This document shows positions 7,610 through 16,598 of a DNA stretch of 32,000 bases, in pieces. The translations under genes were made by a program, and so were the position numbers. Below the pieces are notes generated by a model. The model was not told the origin of the DNA, did not search any database, and worked only from the letters and a program-made list of their open reading frames with translations. The stretch lies in assembly GCA_003056265.1 (NCBI GenBank), contig NBVN01000002.1, positions 420,001 to 452,000 on the forward strand, written 5' to 3'. This stretch comes from Zestosphaera tikiterensis. GTDB lineage: Archaea > Thermoproteota > Thermoprotei_A > Sulfolobales > NBVN01. How positions within the stretch are numbered: the first letter of the stretch is position 1; each line of letters starts with the position of its first letter.

Positions 7610-8827
7610 TTACTTAGCTGAGACCACCTTAACTATGTCGTTATCTTTTAGTTCGTAAGTAGCTCCAACTCTTTTATTTTCCTTAGCTAATATGGCGTAA
7701 AGGAAGGCTTTACCTAAGTCTGTATGTATCATGTAAGCTAGTTCCTGAGCTGTAGTGCCTTTCTTAACTATGTAAGCGTCTGGAAGGACGTTTCCATTAC
7801 TATCGGTGTACTTATGCTGGTCTTCAACTGGGTAAACCACGATCATGTTTAAAACTTCAAATACGGCTGTGTTTAAAGCCTGCTGTACCCCGGTATTACC
7901 GTATTTCTTCATAAACCCCCTTATGGTTTCTAAGGCTGTTTTCTGTTTTGGGTTTAGCTTGCTTTCATCCACTATTTGAAAGTCGTTATCGCCCGGTAAG
8001 TATGTTATAAGACCTGACTTCTCAGCTTTTCTTAAAGCTAATTCATAAGCAGCGCTGGTAGGGATTACCTTAACCTTTAATTCCTTAGTAAGCCTACGGT
8101 AGTTATCTTCGGCTTCAGGAATATCGGCTTTATTACCTACTACTAATATAGGTTTCGCAATCTCCCTTAACTTAACTATGAAGTTCCTTAACTCCTCCTC
8201 ACGCCATGAGCTAGGCTTGCTTAACTCCAGCTTACTTGCTTTAAGAGCTAAGATTACGTGTTCCCTCCTTATCGAAAGCCCTGAAACCCTCTTAGCTAAA
8301 GCGTCAACTACACCATCCCAAGTCAAGCTGTCTAAACCTCTAGCAAATCTCTCCCAATCCTTACTAACTACGCTATAGAACCATTCGTTAATCTCCCTCT
8401 CTATGGATATAACTTCATCAAGCGGGTCGTAAGTACCGGGGGGCACGGGCCTACCTTCCTCGTCAGTTGACCCAGCTAAATCCACTACATGAAGTAAGAC
8501 GTCCGCCTGCCTTAAATCATCCATGAACTTATTGCCTAAACCCCGACCTTTATGAGCGTCTTTTATAAGGCCAGCTACATCCATAAGTTTTACAGGTATG
8601 AATCTATTCCCTCTTAAGCAGACGGAATTTTTAGGGTTGCATGATGGAAGACCTAAATCTACATGCGCACATTCCCGTCTAACGTAGGCTATTCCTACGT
8701 TCGGTTCAATAGTTACGAAAGGTCTGTTTTCAATCTTAACGGGAAGTAAGGTAGCTGCGGCGAAGAACGTTGATTTACCTACGTTGGTTTTACCCACAAC
8801 GCCAATGAGTATTTGAGGAGGCGGCAT
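7610..8827 (-). CDS. OBG-family GTPase with C-terminal TGS domain (YchF/DRG-related)
   Basis: G1 GKTNVGKST, G3 DVAGL, G4 NKAD, G5-like TSA. C-terminal ELKDNDIVKVV is TGS-like. Confidence 0.8.
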   Translation of the reverse strand: MPPPQILIGVVGKTNVGKSTFFAAATLLPVKIENRPFVTIEPNVGIAYVRRECAHVDLGLPSCNPKNSVCLRGNRFIPVKLMDVAGLIKDAHKGRGLGNKFMDDLRQADVLLHVVDLAGSTDEEGRPVPPGTYDPLDEVISIEREINEWFYSVVSKDWERFARGLDSLTWDGVVDALAKRVSGLSIRREHVILALKASKLELSKPSSWREEELRNFIVKLREIAKPILVVGNKADIPEAEDNYRRLTKELKVKVIPTSAAYELALRKAEKSGLITYLPGDNDFQIVDESKLNPKQKTALETIRGFMKKYGNTGVQQALNTAVFEVLNMIVVYPVEDQHKYTDSNGNVLPDAYIVKKGTTAQELAYMIHTDLGKAFLYAILAKENKRVGATYELKDNDIVKVVSAK

Positions 8828-9006
8828 CGTAAACCCTACCTAAAATAGTAATCTATTTCGCTAATAAGGGCTATGCTTTAGATCTTAACGTTGCCTTACT
8901 TAAACTAAGTAAAGAACGAAAAACTTATAAACATAAAAGTAAGTGTAGATTTCGGTAAAGATGTGTATAGGACATGCGCCTATATATGGAATGAGGAGGA
9001 GATGAG

Positions 9007-9678
9007 ATGTCTAAATCTATGTATCACTATATTGCCGAGGCTTGGAAGAACTTAGATGAACAACCGATGAAGGAGTTGATGAGGGAGAGATATATAGAAT
9101 GGAGAAGGCAGCCTTCAGTAGTTAAGGTTGAAAATCCGACGAGGCTTGATAGAGCTAGAGCGATCGGTTATAAAGCAAAGCAAGGCTTCGTAATAGCTAG
9201 GGTTAGGGTTAGGAAGGGAGGTATGCGAAAACCAAGGCCGAATTCCGGGAGGAGACCTAAACGTATGGGTGTTTATGGTTATGCGCCGGCTAAGTCTATT
9301 CAACTCATAGCTGAGGAGAGAGCTGCTAGGAAATTCCCTAACCTGGAAGTTTTAGGTTCTTATTTCGTCGGTGATGACGGACTATATAAGTACTATGAAG
9401 TAATACTTGTAGACCCTCATCACCCAGCCATTAAGTCAGATCCAGACATCAACTGGATAACCCACCCATCGCAAAGAGGTAGGGTGTTTAGAGGTAAGAC
9501 CTTCGCAGGAAGGAAGATGAGAGGCCTTATAGGTAATAGGGGAGTTAGAGGAACGCACAACTGGAAGTGGAAGAAGAAAGCTAAGGAGAGAGAAGAAAAG
9601 AGAAGGCATGAAGCTTCAAGAGGTTCTCGCTTAATAATACCTAAGGAAAAAGCTGAAGACTTAGGAATTGAGAAGTGA
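9007..9678 (+). CDS. rpl15e: 50S ribosomal protein eL15 (L15e)
   Basis: [10 protein letters not shown]...[37 protein letters not shown] is the canonical L15e N-terminus. Confidence 0.9.
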   Translation: MSKSMYHYIAEAWKNLDEQPMKELMRERYIEWRRQPSVVKVENPTRLDRARAIGYKAKQGFVIARVRVRKGGMRKPRPNSGRRPKRMGVYGYAPAKSIQLIAEERAARKFPNLEVLGSYFVGDDGLYKYYEVILVDPHHPAIKSDPDINWITHPSQRGRVFRGKTFAGRKMRGLIGNRGVRGTHNWKWKKKAKEREEKRRHEASRGSRLIIPKEKAEDLGIEK

Positions 9679-10142
9679 TCATGGCCAGCAACAAATATAA
9701 CATCCAGCAAGTGACGCTCTCAGCTTTCTATCATTCAACGGAGGACCCTAATAAAGTTAGGCAAGCCCTTCTTAACGTAGTGCCTAAAGACTTAAGATCT
9801 GAGGTTTCCTTTGAAGAGTCTATAGTCTCCGGTTATTACGGCAACACAATAGGTATCCTCACACTTAAATTCAAGTCTAAGAAAGCCGAAAGGGTTTTCA
9901 CTTATGTTTTATGTTCGTTAAACGCTACGGATAAGGCTATATTTTCAGCAACGCTCAGCAATAGAGTAGGCGTTAAGAATTCTATAGTGTTTCTTAGGTT
10001 GAGTAAGCAAGACGCTTACTTAGGACAACTATCGCTTATGGACGGCGACGATATAATTAAGTTATCAGCAACTGTGAAAGGCGTGCGGACCTTCGAAGAG
10101 CTGAAGAAGTATATTGACGAGGTGTTAAGTAGCTGTGCTTAA
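9675..10142 (+). CDS. COG1325/DUF54-type RNA-binding protein (predicted exosome/RNase P superoperon partner)
   Basis: [25 protein letters not shown] matches the hpTED..kV signature of this family. It sits between rpl15e and RNase P subunit genes, as in many archaea. ATG at 9681 is an alternative start. Confidence 0.6.
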   Translation: MIMASNKYNIQQVTLSAFYHSTEDPNKVRQALLNVVPKDLRSEVSFEESIVSGYYGNTIGILTLKFKSKKAERVFTYVLCSLNATDKAIFSATLSNRVGVKNSIVFLRLSKQDAYLGQLSLMDGDDIIKLSATVKGVRTFEELKKYIDEVLSSCA

Positions 10143-10758
10143 ATACATAGACATGGCTTCAAACCCAACTATGGATTCAAACTCCCTAGATAGGTATGTA
10201 GGTAAGGCGTCCATTCATGGATACGCGGTCCTCGCAATAGAGGGGTTGGATAGCTATAAAGTTTTCAACGGCGTGCAACTCATTCCCAGGATCTCATTTA
10301 AATTTAACGAGTTGGGGAGGGAGGTCTTAATGAAGAGAGAATGCATAAAAATCCTAAGGTCTGACTCGTTAGAAGACCTTAAAATAACTAACGCCGTTAA
10401 GAAAGTAGCTCATGCTATTGAGTTAGGTCATGAATTGCTTCGATCCATGGACAGAAAAGCTTTAAAAAAATTGGTTAACGCTGGTAAACCAGTCATTATA
10501 AACTTACGTGACGTGATAAGGTTAATAAACTTAAACGCTCCAGTCTTAGGTCTGTTGCTATTGTTGAGGTATTACGAGAGAGGTAGGATTTCCTTAGTCG
10601 TTGGTAGTGGAGCGAGGGAGGAGCACGAGTTATTACATCCAATAACCGTATGTTCTTTTCTAGTATCTTTAGGTCTTTCAGAAGCTAAAGCCTTATCATC
10701 CGTTTCAATCAACCCGCTTTCAGTTATGAGGAGTGCTGGTTATGACATCCTTAGATAG
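10135..10758 (+). CDS. rnp3: RNase P protein component 3 (Rpp30)
   Basis: C-terminal LVVGSGAREEHELLHPITVCSFLVSLGLSEAKALSSVSINP parallels the Rpp30 tail (SSA..e...r.P.d......G.....A..s.S..P). Conserved position before Pop5. Confidence 0.75.
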   Translation: MLKYIDMASNPTMDSNSLDRYVGKASIHGYAVLAIEGLDSYKVFNGVQLIPRISFKFNELGREVLMKRECIKILRSDSLEDLKITNAVKKVAHAIELGHELLRSMDRKALKKLVNAGKPVIINLRDVIRLINLNAPVLGLLLLLRYYERGRISLVVGSGAREEHELLHPITVCSFLVSLGLSEAKALSSVSINPLSVMRSAGYDILR

Positions 10759-11230
10759 CACATTAACTCAGGCATTAATTTTCATAACTTTATTCTTATC
10801 TTTAACAGCTATGTATGTATCATTAAGGACGTATCTAAACTTAAGAACTTTTACTAAGGTGTTAAGCTCTAAAACTTTAAAGACATATATTAATAAGCTG
10901 GAATCAAAGAAAAAACTGCGGAAGAGGTATTTAATTGTAAGGCTTGTTTCAACACGGAAACATACACATAAAGAACTTCAGGAACTCCTAGAGAAGTATT
11001 ACACACATCTCCATGGGAAGATAAGCTTAAGTAAAGCACAGCCTAGAATAGTTTACATAGACTTTAAAAATAACACGTTAATCGTGAGGTTTCGAGCCCC
11101 CTTTAAATGGAGTGTAATAAGTAGCTTAGCCATGCTTGAAGTAAATAAACACGTGGACGCGGTAATACCTCTTAAAACAACTTCAACGTTGAAGAAAGCT
11201 AAGAAATACGCTATACCAGTTTCTGATTAG
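10733..11230 (+). CDS. rnp2: RNase P protein component 2 (Pop5)
   Basis: The Pop5-like core starts at KLRKRYLIVRLVS... and continues to ...TLIVRFRAPFKWSVISSLAML. The first ~40-60 residues of the longest ORF are hydrophobic and not Pop5-like. In-frame alternatives: ATG 10742, ATG 10811, GTG 10859. Confidence 0.7.
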   Translation: MLVMTSLDSTLTQALIFITLFLSLTAMYVSLRTYLNLRTFTKVLSSKTLKTYINKLESKKKLRKRYLIVRLVSTRKHTHKELQELLEKYYTHLHGKISLSKAQPRIVYIDFKNNTLIVRFRAPFKWSVISSLAMLEVNKHVDAVIPLKTTSTLKKAKKYAIPVSD

Positions 11231-11273
11231 AAGATTTCCTCCTAAACGTCTGGAAAATCCTTCAATGTAAGAT

Positions 11274-11310
11274 CGAGAGAGTCAGTTCGTCGCGAGGTCT
11301 TCACCTCTCG
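11274..11310. terminator. GC-rich hairpin between convergent genes (candidate bidirectional terminator or small structured element)
   Basis: CGAGAG 11274-11279 pairs with CTCTCG 11305-11310. An alternative tighter hairpin is GAGGT-CTTC-ACCTC at 11294-11307. It lies in the 150-nt spacer between the Pop5 stop and the Sun-family stop. Confidence 0.25.
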
Positions 11311-11380
11311 GTTTGGAGCGGCTACATCATCCACTATAAAGACGTTTGAAGCTTTAAAAGTACTTAATAGGTTCACCGCT

Positions 11381-12550
11381 TTAATTTTTAGGTATTATAT
11401 ACGCTATGAAGAAACCCTCTGTATTATGTTTATGTGGGAAGAGCCGCGTCAAATATTCAGCATGTTTAAAATTTCTATAGCCTGTTGCCCCCCAATTAAT
11501 TACTTTCTTGAGTTTGATTACATCACCCACAGTCTCAACCACTTCCTCACCTTCTTCAGGCATTAAAGAACATGTTGAGTAGACTACGACCTCACCTAAC
11601 TTTAAAGCTTTTTGAAGTAATTCCTTCTGTGTTTTTGAGTAGTGATTTACTTTAGAACTTGTTAAAGTTATCTTAAGCCCTGGGTCTTTACTTACAGCAC
11701 CGCTGTTGCTACATGGAGCGTCCAGAAGAACTTTATCGAAGGCCTTGCTAAATTGTGAGTCTCTAGCGTCCATAGCTACAATGTTAAGCCTGCTTAAATC
11801 AACGCCGTATTTCGTGAGGAGATGTTTTCCGGTTAACGCTCTTCTAAAACTTACGTCTGTAGCTACGACCTTAGCTTTATTGTCTGTAAGCATCATAATT
11901 AAAGATGTTTTTATTCCTGGGGCGAAAGCCATATCTAAGATAAGATCTCCTGGCTCAGGTTTTAGAGCTTCAACAACTGCTACGGAGGCTTTATCTTGCG
12001 GTATTAACTCATAGTTTTTAACAGCTTTAAGGAGTCTGATAGGTTTCCTAGACTTAATTACTTTAATTAAGTATGGATATTCCTTATCAACTACGTATTC
12101 CACACCCTCATTTTCTAAACTTTTTAAAATCCTCTCTTCAGAATTCTTAAGTGTGTTTATCCTTAACCACCATACCCTATCCTCGAAAGCTTTAACTAAA
12201 CTTCTAGTTTCATCACGACCTAAAAGACCTACTAACCGCAGGTAAAACCATTCGTTAATACTTAAATAACACCAATCTGGAAGTCCTTCAGTATTAACGC
12301 CTTTTAACCACGCCCTAACGTACTTACCGTAGCTTTTCTTTTCACCAACTACACACTTAACTTTAATGAAGTCAGAGATAAAAGACCTCGTCTTTAAATA
12401 CAGCTCCTCCCTTTCCTGAAGAGACAGCTTACACAAACCCTTACAGGCACGTTTGAAAGCGACATCAAGCGATACCCTATAGTTTAAAATCTCGTATAAC
12501 ACCTTAGAAAGAACTTTAACCTCAAGCCTTTCCTTAAACACGCTACACAC
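11381..12550 (-). CDS. NOL1/NOP2/Sun-family RNA (cytosine-C5)-methyltransferase with NusB-like N-terminal domain (RsmB-like)
   Basis: DMAFAPGIKT (SAM motif I variant), DAPCSNSGA (motif IV), YSTCSL (motif VI catalytic Cys). N-terminal helical NusB-like region. Confidence 0.85.
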   Translation of the reverse strand: MCSVFKERLEVKVLSKVLYEILNYRVSLDVAFKRACKGLCKLSLQEREELYLKTRSFISDFIKVKCVVGEKKSYGKYVRAWLKGVNTEGLPDWCYLSINEWFYLRLVGLLGRDETRSLVKAFEDRVWWLRINTLKNSEERILKSLENEGVEYVVDKEYPYLIKVIKSRKPIRLLKAVKNYELIPQDKASVAVVEALKPEPGDLILDMAFAPGIKTSLIMMLTDNKAKVVATDVSFRRALTGKHLLTKYGVDLSRLNIVAMDARDSQFSKAFDKVLLDAPCSNSGAVSKDPGLKITLTSSKVNHYSKTQKELLQKALKLGEVVVYSTCSLMPEEGEEVVETVGDVIKLKKVINWGATGYRNFKHAEYLTRLFPHKHNTEGFFIAYIIPKN

Positions 12551-12750
12551 CCACCTATAATTTAAACAAAGTTAAGAAAGCTTTAAACAAAAGTAGTTAT
12601 GTATAAATATGTTTTTACTCTCGTTGAGCTATACAGAATTCTAATTTATGTGATTAATGTTATTTTAATGGAATTTACAATATTAGCACGTTTACGTAAA
12701 ATAAAACTTAAAAAGCATTTTCCTTCAGAAACTTATTAGTGAACTGTAAT

Positions 12751-12809
12751 GGGCCCGACAAACTTAAGTTTGCGTGGATCCGGCCTTGATGATGAAGGTA
12801 GTCGGGCCC
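12751..12809. other. 59-nt GC-clamped stem-loop element (candidate small RNA or operator)
   Basis: GGGCCCGAC 12751-12759 is the exact reverse complement of GTCGGGCCC 12801-12809. The interior holds the 12-nt palindrome AAACTTAAGTTT (12760-12771), GGATCC, and the hairpin CCTT-GATGATG-AAGG (12784-12798). Confidence 0.4.
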
Positions 12810-12874
12810 ATCGTGTCGTGTATAGTAAGATAATGTACTACGTAGTAGTTGTTAGCTTAATTTATGTTTTTATG

Positions 12875-12900
12875 TGGGCCCCCTAACGTTAGGGGGCCCA
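12875..12900. repeat. 26-nt perfect palindrome TGGGCCCCCTAACGTTAGGGGGCCCA
   Basis: Verified as self-reverse-complementary. It shares the GGGCCC clamp with the element 66 nt upstream. Confidence 0.9.
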
Positions 12901-13035
12901 GACCATATCATATAGTATAAGGTTTATTTCAGGTTTGTGATAACACTATACTTTAAGTTCAGGATGTTTTTCTAGTTTAAACTATGTTATATACTCTAAA
13001 TCGTAAATGTAAGTGATAGGTTAGGTGGGTAATGT

Positions 13036-14778
13036 ATGGGTTTGAGAAATGGTGTGGTTTGTGATGGTTTGGGTTTGTGTAAGTTTAGTTTATTTTTCAA
13101 ACGTGTAAAATCTTCCTTACACGTAAGTCGGTTTGCGTTAGGTGTGAGTAAAGTTTTACTCGTGTTGGTTGTTTTAGCTCTGGTAGCGTCTTCAGTTTTA
13201 ACCTTCGCATTCTTCACATTATTGAATAAGCAGAAGGAAAGCACCCAAACAACAGTTGCTGAGTTAAGCTCAAGCTTTACATCATCGTCTACATCTTACG
13301 TAAGTAGTCAACAAAAGTCTTTAAGAATAGGTATAGGGATAGACGCCGATACTTTAGATCCAGCGGGTCAGACGACGACAACGATTTCAAATATAGTTAG
13401 GTTTATGGTTGAAAGCCTATTCATAATAGATATTGACGGGAGCGTTAAACCATTGCTTGCTGAGTCATATAACGTATCTTCCGACGGTAAGGAATACATA
13501 GTTAGATTACGTAAGAACATAAGGTTTCAAGATGGTACGCCATTTAACGCGACGGCCGTTAAATTCACTTTCGATAGATTGCTTAATCCAAACGTTAAAG
13601 TGCCTGGCAGGGCTTACTATACGGTAATTCAAAACGTTGAAACCGTTGATACGTATACCGTTAAGTTCGTGTTGAAAGAGCCTTACGCTCCATTTATAAC
13701 TGTACTTGCGTTTACACAGGCTGGGATTGTATCACCTAAAGCAGTTTCTGAATTAGGAGATAAGATCGCGACAACCCCTCTAGATATAGGGACGGGACCT
13801 TACAAGTTTAAAGAGTGGGTGAAGGGCGATAGGATCGTATTAGTTAGAAATGAAAACTATTGGAATGGGACGCCATACTTTAGTGAGCTAGTATTTAAGG
13901 TTGTTCCAGACGCTCAAACGAGAACCGCGATGTTACTTGCTGGCGATTTAGACCTAATAATACAACCTCCGGCCACAGACGTCAATACGTTAAAACAGAG
14001 GAATGACGTTAAGGTATTTGCGGTGGCTTCAAATAGGGTAATGTATATAGGTATAAACACGCAGTGGGGCCCCTTTAAAGATGTGCGTGTGAGGAAAGCG
14101 TTGAATTACGCAATAGATAAGGAAGCTATAGTTAAGAACGTACTCTTCGGCTTAGGCCAAGTAATGGATTCTGTATTACCTGCATATTCGTTAGGTTACG
14201 TTAGGCTAGGTCCATATCCATACGACCCCGCAAAGGCTAAGGAGTTACTGAAGGAGGCCGGATATCCTAACGGGTTTAAAGTAACTTTAATAACACCGAC
14301 TGGGAGATACCTCTTCGACAAGCAAGTTGCTGAAGCTATAGCGCAATACCTACGAGAGGTAGGTTTAGAAGTGGAGATAAGGACTTACGACTGGCCAACG
14401 TATGTCTCTACAGTACTCGCCCCATTAAATAAGACTGAGGTGCAACTATTCCTGCTTGGTTGGTCGCCTGGAAGTCCAGACCCGCACTTCTACCTATATC
14501 AGAGATTCCATTCGACTCAATTCACACCTAACGGGTTCAACAACTTCTTCTACGCTAATGCTGAGGTAGATAGGTTGTTAGATGAAGGTGTTAAGGTCGT
14601 GGATATTAACTTAAGGTCTGAGATCTATAGAAACGCCAGTAAGTTAATATGGGACGATGCGCCGAACATATTCCTATACATCCAATACTTCGTCATCGCG
14701 CATAGAGCGGATCTAACAGATGTTAAAGTATATCCGTATGAGATGTTCGACGTAGCTCAAGCTAGGTTAAGCTCTTAA
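13036..14778 (+). CDS. ABC transporter substrate-binding protein, family 5 (DppA/OppA-like, peptide/nickel)
   Basis: Hydrophobic N-terminal anchor VLLVLVVLALVASSVL, then a Ser/Thr-rich linker, then LRIGIGIDADTLDP, FQDGTPFNA, NENYW. First gene of a five-gene transporter operon. In-frame GTG at 13144 is a more plausible start. Confidence 0.85.
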   Translation: MGLRNGVVCDGLGLCKFSLFFKRVKSSLHVSRFALGVSKVLLVLVVLALVASSVLTFAFFTLLNKQKESTQTTVAELSSSFTSSSTSYVSSQQKSLRIGIGIDADTLDPAGQTTTTISNIVRFMVESLFIIDIDGSVKPLLAESYNVSSDGKEYIVRLRKNIRFQDGTPFNATAVKFTFDRLLNPNVKVPGRAYYTVIQNVETVDTYTVKFVLKEPYAPFITVLAFTQAGIVSPKAVSELGDKIATTPLDIGTGPYKFKEWVKGDRIVLVRNENYWNGTPYFSELVFKVVPDAQTRTAMLLAGDLDLIIQPPATDVNTLKQRNDVKVFAVASNRVMYIGINTQWGPFKDVRVRKALNYAIDKEAIVKNVLFGLGQVMDSVLPAYSLGYVRLGPYPYDPAKAKELLKEAGYPNGFKVTLITPTGRYLFDKQVAEAIAQYLREVGLEVEIRTYDWPTYVSTVLAPLNKTEVQLFLLGWSPGSPDPHFYLYQRFHSTQFTPNGFNNFFYANAEVDRLLDEGVKVVDINLRSEIYRNASKLIWDDAPNIFLYIQYFVIAHRADLTDVKVYPYEMFDVAQARLSS

Positions 14779-14790
14779 GGCGAGTTAAAA

Positions 14791-15729
14791 ATGACGTTTT
14801 TCAAATTCTTAATTTATAGAATCGTCGGAATTTTCGTTACTGTAGTGACTATCATAGCCTTTCTTTTCTTATTGTTAAGGTCAATACCGGGAGATCCGGC
14901 AAGGCTTCTCGCCGGTTTCGACGCAACACCAGAAGTCATTGAACAGATAAGAATGAAATATGGGCTTAATAAACCACTGCATGAGCAACTCATCACATAC
15001 TTCCTTAACGTAATACGTCTAGATCTAGGTATATCCATAAGAACAGACACACCTGTAGTTTCTGAAGTTCTGTCTAGACTGCCAAACACGTTAACACTCT
15101 CGTTTGCTAGTCTAGCTATAGCTGTTACTATAGGGTTACCGCTTGGAGCCATAGCTGCCGTAAAGAAAGACTCGTTCGTGGATTTAATCGCTACGGCTTT
15201 AGTTACTTTAGGAACGGCTATACCTACGTTCTGGTTGGGATTAATGCTCATACTCTTCTTCTCCGTATACTTAAGGGTTTTGCCGGCTGGTGGTACTGGC
15301 ACACCAACGCATATTGTTTTGCCTGCGGTAACGTTGTCGCTTCCAGTTATGGCTCCAATAATTAAAACCTCTAGATACGCTACTTTAGAAATATTAAGTC
15401 AAGACTTTGTTAAGTTAGCTAAGGCTAAAGGCTTAAGCAATGGGGTAGTGCTTTTTAAGCACGTGTTAAGAAACACGTTAATACCTGTAGTAACTGTCGT
15501 AGGCTTACAGTTAGGTAATTTAATGCGTGGCGCTGTAATAACTGAAACCGTGTTTGCCTGGCCCGGCGTTGGTAAGTTAGTAGTAGATGCGATATTTGCT
15601 AGGGACTATCCCATGGTTCAAGGAGCTATATTTATTCTAGCTTTACTGTATGCTTCAATAAATTTCCTGGTGGACCTCACCTACGTCGTTATAGATCCTA
15701 GGACTAGAGTTGGAGGTGGTCAATCATAA
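14791..15729 (+). CDS. ABC transporter permease (DppB/OppB-like)
   Basis: Polytopic membrane protein with an EAA-like loop AKAKGLSNGVVLFKHVLRNTLIPVV. Confidence 0.85.
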   Translation: MTFFKFLIYRIVGIFVTVVTIIAFLFLLLRSIPGDPARLLAGFDATPEVIEQIRMKYGLNKPLHEQLITYFLNVIRLDLGISIRTDTPVVSEVLSRLPNTLTLSFASLAIAVTIGLPLGAIAAVKKDSFVDLIATALVTLGTAIPTFWLGLMLILFFSVYLRVLPAGGTGTPTHIVLPAVTLSLPVMAPIIKTSRYATLEILSQDFVKLAKAKGLSNGVVLFKHVLRNTLIPVVTVVGLQLGNLMRGAVITETVFAWPGVGKLVVDAIFARDYPMVQGAIFILALLYASINFLVDLTYVVIDPRTRVGGGQS

Positions 15730-15794
15730 CATCGAATCTTCAAGGCCTAAGCCGGAGTTTACTAAGCACGTTTAAGACGCTTATAAAGCATAGA

Positions 15795-16598
15795 GTGGGG
15801 TTTATAGGTTTTATTATAGTTTCGTTTTTTGCTTTTATGTCGTTGATCGCAGATTTACTGCCGTTGTCGAATCCTCTCGTAGGGGATTTAAGTAAGACTT
15901 TAAGGCCGCCCGAACCTAATCATGTATTAGGTACAGATGAGTTAGGCCGGGATCTCTTATCTAGGATAGTCTACGGTACTAGGGTTTCTTTAACGATAGC
16001 GTTCATAGGCGCTACCTTAGGTTGTGTGATTGGCGTTATGTTAGGTTTAATTTCAGGTTACTTCGGCGGTGTAACGGATTTTATGGTAATGCGGGTTGTG
16101 GATGCCCTGCTTTCAATACCTTCAATATTGATAGCGATAGCTTTAGTCGCTTTAACAGGCCCGGGAGTAATCAACATGATAGTAGCGTTAGCTGTGGGGT
16201 TAACACCTACTTACGTAAGGTTAGTTAGGGGTGTGGTGATGCAGACTAAGAATTTAGAGTTCGTAATAGCCGCTAGGTTGTTAGGGTTAAGTAGCGTTAG
16301 AATACTTACTAAACATATCCTACCCAACATCTCCTACGTAATTGTCGCTCAGTATACTCTAGACTTAGGAGTCTCGATACTTTTCGCCGCTGGGTTAGGT
16401 TTTTTAGGGCTTGGTGTTCAACCACCAACCCCTGAGTTGGGTTCGATAATAGGCTCGGGTAAAGCCTACATGAGCATAGCCCCTCACGTAATAATCTACC
16501 CAGGCATTGTCTTAGCAGTTTTAGTTGCTGGGTTTAACTTACTAGGTAACGCCCTACGCGATGTTTTAGATCCAACGAGTAAGGTGATGTATGAATGA
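15795..16598 (+). CDS. ABC transporter permease (DppC/OppC-like)
   Basis: EAA-like loop ARLLGLSSVRILTKHILPNISYVIV, with the N-terminal LGTDELGRD motif typical of DppC/OppC. The listed GTG start probably truncates the N-terminus (see findings). Confidence 0.85.
   Translation: MGFIGFIIVSFFAFMSLIADLLPLSNPLVGDLSKTLRPPEPNHVLGTDELGRDLLSRIVYGTRVSLTIAFIGATLGCVIGVMLGLISGYFGGVTDFMVMRVVDALLSIPSILIAIALVALTGPGVINMIVALAVGLTPTYVRLVRGVVMQTKNLEFVIAARLLGLSSVRILTKHILPNISYVIVAQYTLDLGVSILFAAGLGFLGLGVQPPTPELGSIIGSGKAYMSIAPHVIIYPGIVLAVLVAGFNLLGNALRDVLDPTSKVMYE

Noticed and set aside
11706-12014. 102-aa plus-strand ORF
   Set aside because: It is antisense within the Sun-family methyltransferase gene, whose catalytic motifs are clear.
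12751-12809. tRNA or split-tRNA half, suggested by the GGGCCCG...CGGGCCCA acceptor-like ends
   Set aside because: It is only 59 nt. It has no D-arm or T-arm (no GTTCRANYC-type loop) and no anticodon-arm geometry on either strand.
12996-13244. 82-aa minus-strand ORF overlapping the start of the SBP gene
   Set aside because: It is antisense to the SBP signal-anchor region and extends into the promoter. It has a low-complexity K/T/N-rich sequence and no family resemblance.
14814-15302. 162-aa minus-strand ORF
   Set aside because: It is entirely antisense within the well-supported DppB-like permease gene, which makes it a typical shadow ORF.
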